A stretch of 64,000 nucleotides of DNA from the NCBI GenBank assembly GCA_001782045.1, contig MFNK01000003.1, positions 101,905 through 165,904 on the forward strand, in the 5' to 3' direction. Positions 45,840 to 55,925 of the stretch are shown here, piece by piece. The position numbers and the translations under genes are program-made. Origin of the DNA: Candidatus Levybacteria bacterium RIFCSPHIGHO2_01_FULL_36_15b (lineage in GTDB: Bacteria; Patescibacteriota; Microgenomatia; Levybacterales; UBA12049). Position 1 is the stretch's first letter. Each line of letters opens with the position of its first letter. Below the pieces are notes generated by a model. It did not search any database. It saw only the letters and a list, made by a program, of their open reading frames with translations, and was not told where the DNA came from.

Positions 45840-46868
45840 ATGAATATAGAAATTGATAAACTTTATGGACCAGAATTCCTTATGAGTAATGAGGAAAGAC
45901 CCATTGGGGAACAAATTGGGAATCTCATTTCTGCTATAGGTAATCATGAAGCCAAGGCATTAACATTACTTGCTATGAAAGATGGCGCTATTTACAACAA
46001 GCATGAATTGTCGGCGCGTATAAGAGAGCTACAAGGACGTAATCCCATCTGGCGTCAGAGCTATTCCCTTCCGTTTGATTATTGTGCGCATTCTCTTTCT
46101 CCGATAGGTTTAGTGACAAGAGAAATATTAAGTCCCAATTTATCTGCTTATGGATATCAGATATCTGAATATGGTAGACGAGTTGGAATTCCGTTTGCTG
46201 GTCTTCTACTTGATTTTTCTGATCAGAATAATATTTCGTTGGAAAGACTTTTTGCTTCAACTGCTTCAAGTTCTAAAAAGGAAAATAAAGAAGATAAAAG
46301 AAGAGCTCCATCTACTACATTATCGATTATGCGGAAGATTCATATTTTAGAAAAAAATTCAATTTCCCTTATAGAGTTATTGGATATGTTCAAGGATGTT
46401 AAGTCCCATATAATAGTTAGGCATATAAAAAGACTGGCAGAAATAGGACTACTTAATTTAGAAGCGGGAAACTTAACCGCATCAGATGATCAAAGAATTA
46501 TATTTACTGATCTTTTGGAAAGAATAGATAGGTTTAAGATTGGAGACAGGGAGGTAATAGAGAAGGCGCAAGTTTTAGCCGATGGTATTGTTTATGACTC
46601 TAAAAAGTTTTCTTCTTTAATGGGAAGAGCAAAAGAAAATTCTGGACATGCTTCTAGTTCATCTCTGGTCGAAACGAAAAAAATGATTTTCTCTATCTTA
46701 TTTGGAATGAGTGGAATGAGCAACATTCAAATAAGACAAGAACTGGAAAAACAATACGATAAAAAACTAAAACTTCATACAGTTGAAAAAATAACTAGCG
46801 CTATGGTAAAGGAAAATATGGCGAAAGTTATAAAGGAAGGAAGGCATTTGAAATATTTTTTGGACTAG
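45840..46868 (+). CDS. hypothetical protein with three winged-helix-like repeats (start uncertain: 45741/45813/45840)
   Basis: Three ~60-aa segments each with helix-turn-helix-like pattern (ALTLLAMKDGAIYNKHELSARIREL; ISLIELLDMFKDVKSHIIVRHIKRLAEIGLL; NIQIRQELEKQYDKKLKLHTVEKITSAMV). Confidence 0.4.
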   Translation: MNIEIDKLYGPEFLMSNEERPIGEQIGNLISAIGNHEAKALTLLAMKDGAIYNKHELSARIRELQGRNPIWRQSYSLPFDYCAHSLSPIGLVTREILSPNLSAYGYQISEYGRRVGIPFAGLLLDFSDQNNISLERLFASTASSSKKENKEDKRRAPSTTLSIMRKIHILEKNSISLIELLDMFKDVKSHIIVRHIKRLAEIGLLNLEAGNLTASDDQRIIFTDLLERIDRFKIGDREVIEKAQVLADGIVYDSKKFSSLMGRAKENSGHASSSSLVETKKMIFSILFGMSGMSNIQIRQELEKQYDKKLKLHTVEKITSAMVKENMAKVIKEGRHLKYFLD

Positions 46869-47046
46869 TTTGCAATCCTCTCAAATCGAATCTGACATAG
46901 ATTGTCGTATTTTGTTCTCTTGATTTTCGTATAAAGTTCTATTATTCTAACCTTATGCTGTCCTTCGATTTCGCTCAGGATTATAAACCCACTTTATCAT
47001 TTCAAGAAAATCCTCAGAATTTATATTTTTTGGTTACTTTTATAAT

Positions 47047-48309
47047 ATGGATCGTTTAATACTTCATATCGATTTTGATTCTTACTTTGCATCCTGTGAA
47101 CAACAATTCAACCCTAGCCTGCGGGGAAAGCCTATTGGAGTTACAGCTACAAATGGAAGAACTTGCATAATCGCAGCATCAAGGGAGGCTAAAAAACTGG
47201 GTATTAAATCCCCTAGCGTTACATGGGAAGCGCTAAATTTGGTCCCTGATATGATTTTTGTGCCGGCAAGCTTTACAAAGTATTGGGAAATAACTCAAAA
47301 GTTTTTAAATATTTGCAAAGACTATTCTCCATATGTAGAGCTTTTCTCGCTGGACGAAGTTTTTATGGACATCACAAATACACAATATTTATTTGGTGGT
47401 AAAGAGCAAATTATAAAAACAATTAAGGAAAGAATAAGGAATGAAATAGGAGAATACATAACCGTATCTGTTGGTATTTCCTACAACAAGCTTTTAGCAA
47501 AGCTTGGATCGGGCATAAACAAACCCAACGGAGTTTTTGAAATTACAAGACAAAATCTTGATGAAGTTTATCAAAACATAAAACTAACGGATATCTGTGG
47601 AATAGGAGAAAGGATTGCAATTAGGCTTAAAAAGTTGGGTGTTTATAATTTTCTAGACTTAAGAGAAATTCCTCAGTTAAAATTAAAAAAAGAATTTGGG
47701 AATGTTGAATCTTTATTTCTTCATGATTTAGCTTTTGGCATTGATGCATCTAGTGTTATCCCCTACTATTTCGAGGATAAAGTTAAATCCGTCGGAAGAA
47801 ACTATTGCCTTCCACATAATGAGTATGACAAAAGAATTATTTTTCAAAATGTTTATGAACTTTGTGAAGAAGTAACTCTTAAGCTAAGAAAGCTTAGTAA
47901 AAAAGCAAAGACGGCTTTTATCTATCTTGGAGGCACTAAAAGCGTACACGGTAGGAAAACAGTTACGGATTATTTTGAAAGCGGAAAAGACTTATTTAAT
48001 ATTTGTAATCTTATTCTTAAGGATCATGATTTTATTCTAGAGCCAGATGACTACATAAGAAGAATAAGCGTAGGGGTATCAGGCTTAATAGATTTATCAA
48101 ATATTCCCCTTTCTTTATTTGAAGCGGAAGCCAAAGGACAAAATTTGTTAAAAACTATCGATAACCTTAACTACAAATTTGGGGATCATACTATAAGAAA
48201 TGGTTTTTTGCTTTACGCGGATAAACTTACAACGGTCCCAAATGGTTATATGGCAGATAAATTTGAAAGAACAAAGCTTGCTAGAGCTACGCAATTTGAT
48301 TTTAGTTAG
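47047..48309 (+). CDS. dinB: Y-family DNA polymerase IV
   Basis: ILHIDFDSYFASCEQ N-terminal catalytic box, SLDEVFMD, little-finger domain. Confidence 0.85.
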   Translation: MDRLILHIDFDSYFASCEQQFNPSLRGKPIGVTATNGRTCIIAASREAKKLGIKSPSVTWEALNLVPDMIFVPASFTKYWEITQKFLNICKDYSPYVELFSLDEVFMDITNTQYLFGGKEQIIKTIKERIRNEIGEYITVSVGISYNKLLAKLGSGINKPNGVFEITRQNLDEVYQNIKLTDICGIGERIAIRLKKLGVYNFLDLREIPQLKLKKEFGNVESLFLHDLAFGIDASSVIPYYFEDKVKSVGRNYCLPHNEYDKRIIFQNVYELCEEVTLKLRKLSKKAKTAFIYLGGTKSVHGRKTVTDYFESGKDLFNICNLILKDHDFILEPDDYIRRISVGVSGLIDLSNIPLSLFEAEAKGQNLLKTIDNLNYKFGDHTIRNGFLLYADKLTTVPNGYMADKFERTKLARATQFDFS

Positions 48310-50668
48310 CTCTTTTAAAGGCAAAAAAATTCTTCTTTTGAAAAACTAAATTAAAATTATCATTTACAATTAGTTCATTAATTGTCTTTTTTTGTTCTTC
48401 AAGCGGCTGTGCAGCCCAGCCGTGGTCTACTAAAAATATTATATAATCTGCCTCTTTCATTCCTATTGGAAGAGTATAGATGTGTTCACGTTCAGACAAA
48501 TGCGAACCGGCATTGTTCGTAGCGGCCACAGAATATTTTTGAGGTATAGAGTTTAAAAAATTATCAATTTCTTTTCTATTTTCAAGCTGTTTTGTAAACA
48601 TATCTATATTTGGCTTAGTTGACCCGGGCAAAGGCCCAGTTAAGTATTGAGCAAGAATTGTAAAAAATAATATATAAAGTGATAAATACTTTGCGTTAAT
48701 CTTATTAATTTTTTTAATTAAAAATAAAGATGAATAAATTGCGGAAATAAAAATAAAAGGTGTAATTACCGAAGTATATTGATAATAGATTTGGTGCAAT
48801 GCAGCGTTGCTACTTAATAGGGATATAAACAAATCAGGAAGCGCAAATATAAGAGTAAATGGAGCAACTATAGATAAAAAACCAAGTGGTAAAAATAGTT
48901 GCATTAAGAACTCTAGTCTGTTTCCTTCCAGAATTCTTGCAAATAATTTAACGGGATTTAAAAGAACGTTTTTAATTACTTCTAAAGTTGAAGTTCCAAA
49001 ATCCGAATAATATTCCAAAGCAAAATGCTGCTGCCCTCTAAATAAAGGAATAATTTTATCGATAAGAATATAGGCAATTGGAATACCAATTATTAGTAAA
49101 ATAAAGCCATAAATTTTTTCTAAAATATTATTTTTTGTTTTTTTATAGAAACTTCTTATTAAAATAAATAAACCAAAAATTGAAACTAAAGTCCAGACTT
49201 CCTCTTTTGTAAATGCAGAAAGTATTAAAAAAAATGTTAACAAAATATAATTTCTTTTTAGAAAATAGTAATAACTGGCAAGTAAAAAAGTTGTCGCAAG
49301 AGCAACAGGATGAAAGTCATACAAATTTACAAAACCAACTGCAGGGTTTAGTAGATAAGATGCAGAAAATATTAATGAAATTGCTTTATTTTTTAGCAAA
49401 ACATTAGATATTGCATAAACATATAAGGCTCCAAGGCTTAAAATTATTGTATGAAATAGTAATAGCATTTTCGGATTTTCCCAAATTAAATAAAGTGGAG
49501 CTATTAATATAAGAATAAAATCGGAATGGAATGCAAGCCTATAAATTGTTTTAATTCCATCTGGATTGGTTAGCTGAAAAATTCTTCCATTAATCGTATT
49601 CCATACTGTTTGATCCATATTTCCAAGATCAAAACGTCCGGTATAAAAGTTATCGTACCTAAAAAAGCTTGCTGTAGTGTAATAAATTACGTACAAACCT
49701 ATTAAGAAAATTAAAGTTATTAAATACTTGTTCTTAAAAACAAATTTTTCAATATTATTTATTAAATCCCCTTTTATTTTGTTTAATAAAATTATTAACA
49801 CTAAAGAAATAAGCTCTGAAATTATAAGTATAACTCTTGTGAATATCGCGCCGATTGCAGCCGCAGAGGTACCTATAAAGGTTGCCAGAGTATATGTCAT
49901 TGTTCCTTCTCTCACTCCTATTCCCATGGGGGTAATAAAGCTTACATAACCAACAAAAAATGAAAAAGAAAATAGGCCAACGTAGCTTAAAAGATTTCTT
50001 GGATCCAGATAAAATATGGAAAAAATAGAAAAATAAGTTCCAAGACCGAAAATAAAAAAGGTTAATATTGCCCAAAGCAGTATTATTAAATTATTCCAAA
50101 CAGAATAATTAGGTATAAATAAATAAAAGGTAGATTTTAAAATACCGTTTGGCACAAGCTTTGCAAGTGTTTTATGAAATATAAAAATAAAGGAAGCAGT
50201 AGCTACGAAAACAAAAACACCATACTTAAGATAGTAATTATTCTCAAAATAAAATAGAAAAATCAGTGAAAGTATTAAAGATGAAAGAGATAGCACTATT
50301 GCCTCTTTTATAATGAATGAGACTATTTCTTTTTTTGGTAAATTATCTTTTTCAAAAACTGCAGTGCGAGCCATAAACGCCCAAATATTTCCCGGAACAT
50401 ATCTTTTTAATTCCGAAGTTGAAAGATGAAGCGCGTTTTCTTTAAATGAAAATTGATTTCCCCTCTCTCCCAAGATAAGTTTCCATAAATATGATCTTAA
50501 GAAGAAGAAAAAAATAAAAAAAAGTAAGCTTATTAGTAAAAAAACTAAGTTAATTTCAGATATTGCATTAATTGCTTTGGTAGCGCTTGTATAAATAATT
50601 CTAAATACAAAAAGCAACGCGAGGACGGAAAGTGGCCATCCAATTAAAAACTTCAATTTACTTAGCAT
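48302..50668 (-). CDS. large polytopic membrane protein (788 aa): flippase-like (UPF0104/LPG-synthase-TM-like) N-region plus DUF2079-like C-region
   Basis: ~20 TM; RYVPGNIWAF loop; soluble C-terminal ~80 aa; overlaps dinB stop by 8 nt. Confidence 0.5.
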   Translation of the reverse strand: MLSKLKFLIGWPLSVLALLFVFRIIYTSATKAINAISEINLVFLLISLLFFIFFFFLRSYLWKLILGERGNQFSFKENALHLSTSELKRYVPGNIWAFMARTAVFEKDNLPKKEIVSFIIKEAIVLSLSSLILSLIFLFYFENNYYLKYGVFVFVATASFIFIFHKTLAKLVPNGILKSTFYLFIPNYSVWNNLIILLWAILTFFIFGLGTYFSIFSIFYLDPRNLLSYVGLFSFSFFVGYVSFITPMGIGVREGTMTYTLATFIGTSAAAIGAIFTRVILIISELISLVLIILLNKIKGDLINNIEKFVFKNKYLITLIFLIGLYVIYYTTASFFRYDNFYTGRFDLGNMDQTVWNTINGRIFQLTNPDGIKTIYRLAFHSDFILILIAPLYLIWENPKMLLLFHTIILSLGALYVYAISNVLLKNKAISLIFSASYLLNPAVGFVNLYDFHPVALATTFLLASYYYFLKRNYILLTFFLILSAFTKEEVWTLVSIFGLFILIRSFYKKTKNNILEKIYGFILLIIGIPIAYILIDKIIPLFRGQQHFALEYYSDFGTSTLEVIKNVLLNPVKLFARILEGNRLEFLMQLFLPLGFLSIVAPFTLIFALPDLFISLLSSNAALHQIYYQYTSVITPFIFISAIYSSLFLIKKINKINAKYLSLYILFFTILAQYLTGPLPGSTKPNIDMFTKQLENRKEIDNFLNSIPQKYSVAATNNAGSHLSEREHIYTLPIGMKEADYIIFLVDHGWAAQPLEEQKKTINELIVNDNFNLVFQKKNFFAFKRAN

Positions 50669-50669
50669 G

Positions 50670-50742
50670 TGAGCCGCCGGCGAGTCGAACGCCGAACCGT
50701 CTCCTTAAGAGGGAGATGCTCTGCCAGTTGAGCTAGCGGCCC
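50670..50742 (-). tRNA. tRNA-Lys (anticodon CTT); no CCA
   Basis: RC GGGCCGCTAGCTCAACTGGCAGAGCATCTCCCTCTTAAGGAGACGGTTCGGCGTTCGACTCGCCGGCGGCTCA. Confidence 0.85.
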
Positions 50743-50745
50743 GTG

Positions 50746-50818
50746 CGCGCCTGAAGGGAGTCGAACCCCCAACCCCTTCGTCCGAAGCGAAGTGCTCTAT
50801 CCATTGAGCTACAGGCGC
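50746..50818 (-). tRNA. tRNA-Arg (anticodon TCG); no CCA
   Basis: RC GCGCCTGTAGCTCAATGGATAGAGCACTTCGCTTCGGACGAAGGGGTTGGGGGTTCGACTCCCTTCAGGCGCG; 3 nt from tRNA-Lys. Confidence 0.85.
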
Positions 50819-50875
50819 ATGTAGACAATTATACTAGAGTTTGAAATTTAGCTCAAGAAAGGTTTCGTGAGAGAT

Positions 50876-51517
50876 TTATAAAAACCTCTGGAGATTAAAC
50901 GAAGTTCTGTGAATTTGAGTTAAGCCATGATTTCTTAAAGTCTCTATATGATAGACAGTTCCATACCCTTTGTTACTCGAAAACTTAAATTCTGGAAATT
51001 CAAAAGAGACTCTTTCCATTAAATTATCTCTATAAACTTTTGCAAGAATTGATGCTGATGCTATTGATAAACTCTTTTGGTCCCCTTTTACTATTCCCTG
51101 CTGTCTGCTTAGTCCTCCAGGTAAATATTTCCGATGAAACCCGTCTATTAAAATAAAGTAATTTGAACTTTTGATATTTTTTGATATTTTTTTCAAAACC
51201 TTTCTAAACACAGCCGAGTTTGCTTTACCTATTCCATATTTATTTATGTAAGCAATATCAATTTCTTCAACTGCCCAAAACAACGCATTATCTTTAATAA
51301 CTTCAGCACACTCTTCTCGAGCACTATAATTTAAAAGCTTAGAATCGTTAATTCTATTTAATAAGCTAGCATTAATTTTATTTGAAAAAATAACTCCAGC
51401 AGCAACAATAGGACCCGCAAAGGCGCCACGCCCTACTTCATCTATTCCAATTACATAATCTATGCCCTTAGACCAATGTATTTTTTCTTCCTTAAAGGAG
51501 GGTTTCTTGATTCTCAT
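50876..51517 (-). CDS. rnhB: ribonuclease HII
   Basis: VIGIDEVGRGAFAGPIVAAGVIF catalytic DEVGRG box; ATG 51517 (track TTG start 51577). Confidence 0.85.
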   Translation of the reverse strand: MRIKKPSFKEEKIHWSKGIDYVIGIDEVGRGAFAGPIVAAGVIFSNKINASLLNRINDSKLLNYSAREECAEVIKDNALFWAVEEIDIAYINKYGIGKANSAVFRKVLKKISKNIKSSNYFILIDGFHRKYLPGGLSRQQGIVKGDQKSLSIASASILAKVYRDNLMERVSFEFPEFKFSSNKGYGTVYHIETLRNHGLTQIHRTSFNLQRFL

Positions 51518-52574
51518 CTTCAGTAGTTGGTAGTAATGGAGTTTCGATTGTTTCGATTTCAGGTAAATTAGGAACAATATTTTTTAGATCAAGATAAAAA
51601 TCGTATGTATTATTGTCTAGCTTATCTAAAAGTCCCCTTTCTCTTCTCCATCTCAATTTTGCGCTTCTTTCCTCAGCATCCAGGTATGTTTTAAGAGCCA
51701 TAACTGATTCAAAATGAGTTCTCATTTTGTGTTTAAAATCGTCGCTTAACATATATTCCCTTAGCTTTGCCCACTCCTCGTCGCTATGAGAAATAGAGGA
51801 TTTAGATTTGCTTATTGCAGTAATTAAGTAACGAACGTATCTACATATATTTATTGCCAATTCATAGTTTGTAATCCACACGCCGTCTTTCCGATCAAAC
51901 GTTGCAATATCGTCCGGAAGAACCTGGGAAACCAGAATTGTTTCGCTTGCGGATAGTTTTGAAGCATCGTCTTTAAGCTTTGTAAGCCAGCCCTTGCTCC
52001 AAGCTTTTGTTCTCTTTGTTTCCCATAGGATTGAACCCACCGGCTTGCCGTTAAGGTTTACCTTTTGCCAAATATCTGCTCCCTCAACGCCTTTGGGTAC
52101 GGGCAAAAATTCATCTTGCGGAAAAGTTTTTTTGAGTCTTTCTTCTAATTCAAGTTCCAATACTTCCCCTTGTAGTTGCTGCGAACTTTGCTTAGCTTTT
52201 CTTTGAGCATCATCTAATGCCTGTTGAGTATCTTTTAATTTTTTTTCAAGTTCCAGTTTTTCAAGTCGGGATTCCCTAGCAGCTTCTTCGATTGCTTTGG
52301 CTTTAATTTTTTCTTCTCTTTCTGCAGATTCTTTTTCCGTATTCTCTATTTTTTTCTCCAGTTCTAGAAGTTGTTTCTCTTTTGTTTTACTTTCCTCCTC
52401 AAATTCCTTTCTTAATTCTTTTTCTCTTTTGGCTTGTTGTTCTACTTGCGATTTTTCAAATTCTATTTTTGCTTTTTCTCTTTCGTCTTCTCGTACTTTT
52501 GTGGATAATTGATGAATTATTGCTTCGCTAAGCTCTACTTTTTTACCGCAGTGGGGACAAACTATGTCTTTCAT
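51492..52574 (-). CDS. DUF2130-like protein: N-terminal CxxC...zinc-ribbon, long Glu/Lys coiled-coil, conserved C-terminal domain
   Basis: MKDIVCPHCGKKVELSE start, ~150 aa heptad region (EKEL...LELEKK), globular C-term; 3' end overlaps rnhB start. Confidence 0.45.
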   Translation of the reverse strand: MKDIVCPHCGKKVELSEAIIHQLSTKVREDEREKAKIEFEKSQVEQQAKREKELRKEFEEESKTKEKQLLELEKKIENTEKESAEREEKIKAKAIEEAARESRLEKLELEKKLKDTQQALDDAQRKAKQSSQQLQGEVLELELEERLKKTFPQDEFLPVPKGVEGADIWQKVNLNGKPVGSILWETKRTKAWSKGWLTKLKDDASKLSASETILVSQVLPDDIATFDRKDGVWITNYELAINICRYVRYLITAISKSKSSISHSDEEWAKLREYMLSDDFKHKMRTHFESVMALKTYLDAEERSAKLRWRRERGLLDKLDNNTYDFYLDLKNIVPNLPEIETIETPLLPTTEDENQETLL

Positions 52575-52651
52575 TTCAATCTATAATACTTGTTAAGTAT
52601 TTATTTTTCAACTTAATTGACGGTTTAATTATTTCTTGCTAGCATGAATTA

Positions 52652-53053
52652 GTGAAGCCTTTTGTTAGAAATAGTCTCTTTAACGCCTTCTCCATTTTCT
52701 TTTTATCCCAAGTGCTTCCTGGAGTTCATATTAGCGGAGGTATTGCAACTTATCTTTTTGGAGGATTTGCCTTAACAGTTTTGTTTATCTTGCTTAAACC
52801 TCTTTTAAATATTTTGTCAATGCCACTTAATTTGGTAACTCTTGGATTTTTTTCATTTCTTACAAACGTAATAATTTTTTATATTTTAACAGTGTTGGTT
52901 ATAGGTATATCAATAACTTCTTTTACGTTTCCCGGGATATCATATGTTGGTTTTGTTATTCCACCCATTTATTTTAATACCTTATTTGCTTTTGTTTTAG
53001 TTTCTTTTCTTCAATCAATTTGTGTTTCCTTCCTTAATTGGCTTATAGATTAG
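52652..53053 (+). CDS. 4-TM membrane protein of the YvlD / phage-holin-4_2-like family
   Basis: VLPGVHISGGIATYLFGGFALTVL resembles LLPGIHVDG motif of YvlD family. Confidence 0.45.
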   Translation: MKPFVRNSLFNAFSIFFLSQVLPGVHISGGIATYLFGGFALTVLFILLKPLLNILSMPLNLVTLGFFSFLTNVIIFYILTVLVIGISITSFTFPGISYVGFVIPPIYFNTLFAFVLVSFLQSICVSFLNWLID

Positions 53054-53088
53054 TTGAAATAAGCCAGGGTAAAATATATAATAACTTC

Positions 53089-53301
53089 ATGCTTTTTTTA
53101 GAGATTTTGGAGGTAATAGTTGCCTCTTTGCTTATAGTTTTGATACTTCTTCAAATGCAAGGTAGTGGATTATCAGGAGCGTTTGGAGGTGTGGGCGAAT
53201 TTTACAGAAGTAAAAGAAGTATGGAAAAATTTTTAATTGCGGCAACGGTTATTACAACAATTGCATTCGCAATTATTTCTCTGCTTCTTCTTATCCCCTA
53301 A
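53089..53301 (+). CDS. secG: preprotein translocase subunit SecG
   Basis: LIVLILLQMQGSGLSGAFGGVG matches SecG LLQxGKGxGLxxAFG; two TM. Confidence 0.7.
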   Translation: MLFLEILEVIVASLLIVLILLQMQGSGLSGAFGGVGEFYRSKRSMEKFLIAATVITTIAFAIISLLLLIP

Positions 53302-53305
53302 ATTT

Positions 53306-54667
53306 ATGATTTTTCTTAAAAGAAGAAGATTAATTTTCTGGTTACTGCGGGCTTACATAAAAAGATGGCGTCGTACGATTGCTGCTTCTTTTATTTTAGG
53401 TATTTTGGGCTTTTTTATTCTAAGATACGGAATAAATTATTTTATTCCACTCCTGCCCTTTACTAATGAAGAAAAAATTGGCGTTGAAGGAGCATTTAGT
53501 GTAGATGAGCTTCCTACATTTATTACATCTAAAGTATCTATGGGACTTACAACGCTTGACTCAAATTATAACGTAAAACCTGGGGTAGCAAAAAACTGGG
53601 AAATAAAAGATGACGGAAAAACTTATATTTTTTACCTAAAAGATAACATAGAATTTAGTGATAAAACGCTATTAACTTCAAAATTTATTAATTATAAGTT
53701 TATTGATGCTGCTACACAGACCCCAAATAAAAATGTTGTGGTTTTTAGATTAAAAAATAGGTATTCTCCCTTTTTGGTAACGGTATCCCGCCCTATTTTT
53801 AAAAGCGGTTTTGTAGGAGTTGGAGATTACAAAGTGCAATCCATCGATTTAAATGGAAACTTTGTTGAATCAATAAGCCTGCGTTCTTTAAAACAGGAAA
53901 GAAACATTATTACCTACTACTTCTATCCAACGCAAGAATCACTTAAGAGTGCATTTGCCTTAGGTGAAATAACAAAAGCAGTCGGCTTAAGCGATACTAA
54001 TTTTCAAAATACGAATTTAATCTTATTTAAAAAAACAAAAGTTGAAAAAAATCTTAATGATAATTCTTTAGTTACGCTTTTTTTTAACGCAAGAGACAAG
54101 AATCTATCAGATAAAAGACTGCGAGAAGCTCTTTCATATGCAACACCCGATAAATTTGAGCAGGGAGTCAGAAATTATGGGCCCTTTTCTCCAAACCTTT
54201 GGATAAGCGATTCAGGTCTTGCCAGATATTCACAGGATTTTGATCATTCAAGGCTTTTATTAAATGATTCAGAGTCATTTAAAAGTAATAAAACATTAAA
54301 ATTTGAACTTAAAACTTTTCCAAAATATCTAGATATTGCTAAAAAACTACAAATTGAGTGGAAAAAAATTGGAATAAATATTGATATTAAAATCGTAGAT
54401 ATTCTTCCGTCAGACTTTCAAATGTTTCTTGGTGATTTTAGAGTACCAAAAGATCCCGACCAGTATATACTATGGCATTCGGAACAGCCTAATAATATTT
54501 CTGGCTATAAAAATTTACGCATTGATAAATTACTTGAAGACGGAAGGCAAATAGTAAATACAAGTGAAAGAAGAAAAATATATACAGATTTTCAAAAGTA
54601 CCTGCTTGATGATCCTCCTGCAATTTTTCTTATTTTTCCCTATCAGTATACAATTAGTCGTATATAA
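53306..54667 (+). CDS. membrane-anchored solute-binding-protein family 5-like (oligopeptide-binding-like) protein
   Basis: N-terminal TM then ~420-aa domain ending DDPPAIFLIFPYQY, reminiscent of SBP_bac_5; no cognate ABC permease nearby. Confidence 0.35.
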   Translation: MIFLKRRRLIFWLLRAYIKRWRRTIAASFILGILGFFILRYGINYFIPLLPFTNEEKIGVEGAFSVDELPTFITSKVSMGLTTLDSNYNVKPGVAKNWEIKDDGKTYIFYLKDNIEFSDKTLLTSKFINYKFIDAATQTPNKNVVVFRLKNRYSPFLVTVSRPIFKSGFVGVGDYKVQSIDLNGNFVESISLRSLKQERNIITYYFYPTQESLKSAFALGEITKAVGLSDTNFQNTNLILFKKTKVEKNLNDNSLVTLFFNARDKNLSDKRLREALSYATPDKFEQGVRNYGPFSPNLWISDSGLARYSQDFDHSRLLLNDSESFKSNKTLKFELKTFPKYLDIAKKLQIEWKKIGINIDIKIVDILPSDFQMFLGDFRVPKDPDQYILWHSEQPNNISGYKNLRIDKLLEDGRQIVNTSERRKIYTDFQKYLLDDPPAIFLIFPYQYTISRI

Positions 54668-55925
54668 GTTTTTCTCTTAATTTCCTATGATACGTAATTG
54701 CAAATCTATGAGCTTCGTCTCTAATGCGCATTATTAGCTTAAGTGAGCTTGAGCTTTTAGGAAGTTTTATTTCTTTAAGATTTTGATTAATAATAATTTC
54801 TTCTTTTTTTGCAAGACCCATAATTGGAATCTTTACATCAATCGCGTAAAGTAATTTTATTGCGGAGGATACTTGTCCTTTTCCTCCATCAACAATTATA
54901 AGATTTGGCATTGCCCACTCCTTATGTTTGAATCTTCGTTTTAGCGTCTCCTGAAGCATTGCGAAATCATTCGCTTTATTGTTATAAAATCCTTTTATTT
55001 TAAATCTTCTGTATGAATTACTATCTTTTTCGCCATTTTTAAAAACAACCAAAGACGCCGTTGCGCTTTTGCCAGAAATATTTGAAATATCAAAGCATTC
55101 TATTCTTTCTAGGCTACTTACTTTTACGTCATTTTTATTAAGAACGTTTTTTAATTCTGTTAGCTGATTATTAATAACATCAATTTTTAAATTAGGATTT
55201 AATTCGTATTCAAAAGGTTTATAAAAAGAACTTGTTATTAATTTAATATTCTCAATTTTCTTCTGAATCTCGTTTGCTTCTTCAAAAAACTCACTATTGC
55301 TATACTGTTCTCTTTCCTTTTCCAGATCTAATACAACTTTTTTTGTCTTTCCGTTTAAAAAATCTATTAAGTGATTAATATTATTTTTATATCCCAAATC
55401 TTTAAGTACATTAGGACATGGACAAAGCCCTAGGTGATTATATAGGCAAATATAATTGGGATGATTTTTAACGGATACATACGGAAATATCTTTCTTAGC
55501 ATTTTAAGAACTGTTCTTAAAGAGTTTATATTTGTATAAGGGCCAAAATAAATGGAGTTATTGTTTTCTTTCTTTCTTGTTAAGATCACCGAAGGATATT
55601 TCTCTTTTTTATTTATTTCGATAAAAGGATAAGTTTTTGCATCTTTTAAGCTAATGTTAAATTTCGGATGATATTTCTTAATTAGGCGTTCTTCTAGAAG
55701 AAAAGCTTCTATTTCAGATGTTACGCTTATTGTCTTTATGTCTGCAATATTTAAAACCAGTTGTCTTGTTTTTTCTCCGAGGTTTTTATCTTTAAAATAG
55801 CTAGATACTCTTTTGCGTAGGTTTATCGCCTTCCCCACGTAAATTATTGTCCCTTTTTTGTCTGAAAAGAGATATACGCCGCAGTCCTGAGTAAGTGATG
55901 GGTATTGCTGTAATAAAGATGACAA
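54654..55925 (-). CDS. uvrC: excinuclease ABC subunit C, short form (GIY-YIG + Cys motif + RNase H-like domain, no HhH tail)
   Basis: GVYLFSDKKGTIIYVGKAINLRKRVSSYF GIY-YIG; CLYNHLGLCPCP; PNLIIVDGGKGQV...IMGLAKKEE endonuclease domain; 423 aa. Confidence 0.75.
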   Translation of the reverse strand: MSSLLQQYPSLTQDCGVYLFSDKKGTIIYVGKAINLRKRVSSYFKDKNLGEKTRQLVLNIADIKTISVTSEIEAFLLEERLIKKYHPKFNISLKDAKTYPFIEINKKEKYPSVILTRKKENNNSIYFGPYTNINSLRTVLKMLRKIFPYVSVKNHPNYICLYNHLGLCPCPNVLKDLGYKNNINHLIDFLNGKTKKVVLDLEKEREQYSNSEFFEEANEIQKKIENIKLITSSFYKPFEYELNPNLKIDVINNQLTELKNVLNKNDVKVSSLERIECFDISNISGKSATASLVVFKNGEKDSNSYRRFKIKGFYNNKANDFAMLQETLKRRFKHKEWAMPNLIIVDGGKGQVSSAIKLLYAIDVKIPIMGLAKKEEIIINQNLKEIKLPKSSSSLKLIMRIRDEAHRFAITYHRKLREKLIYD

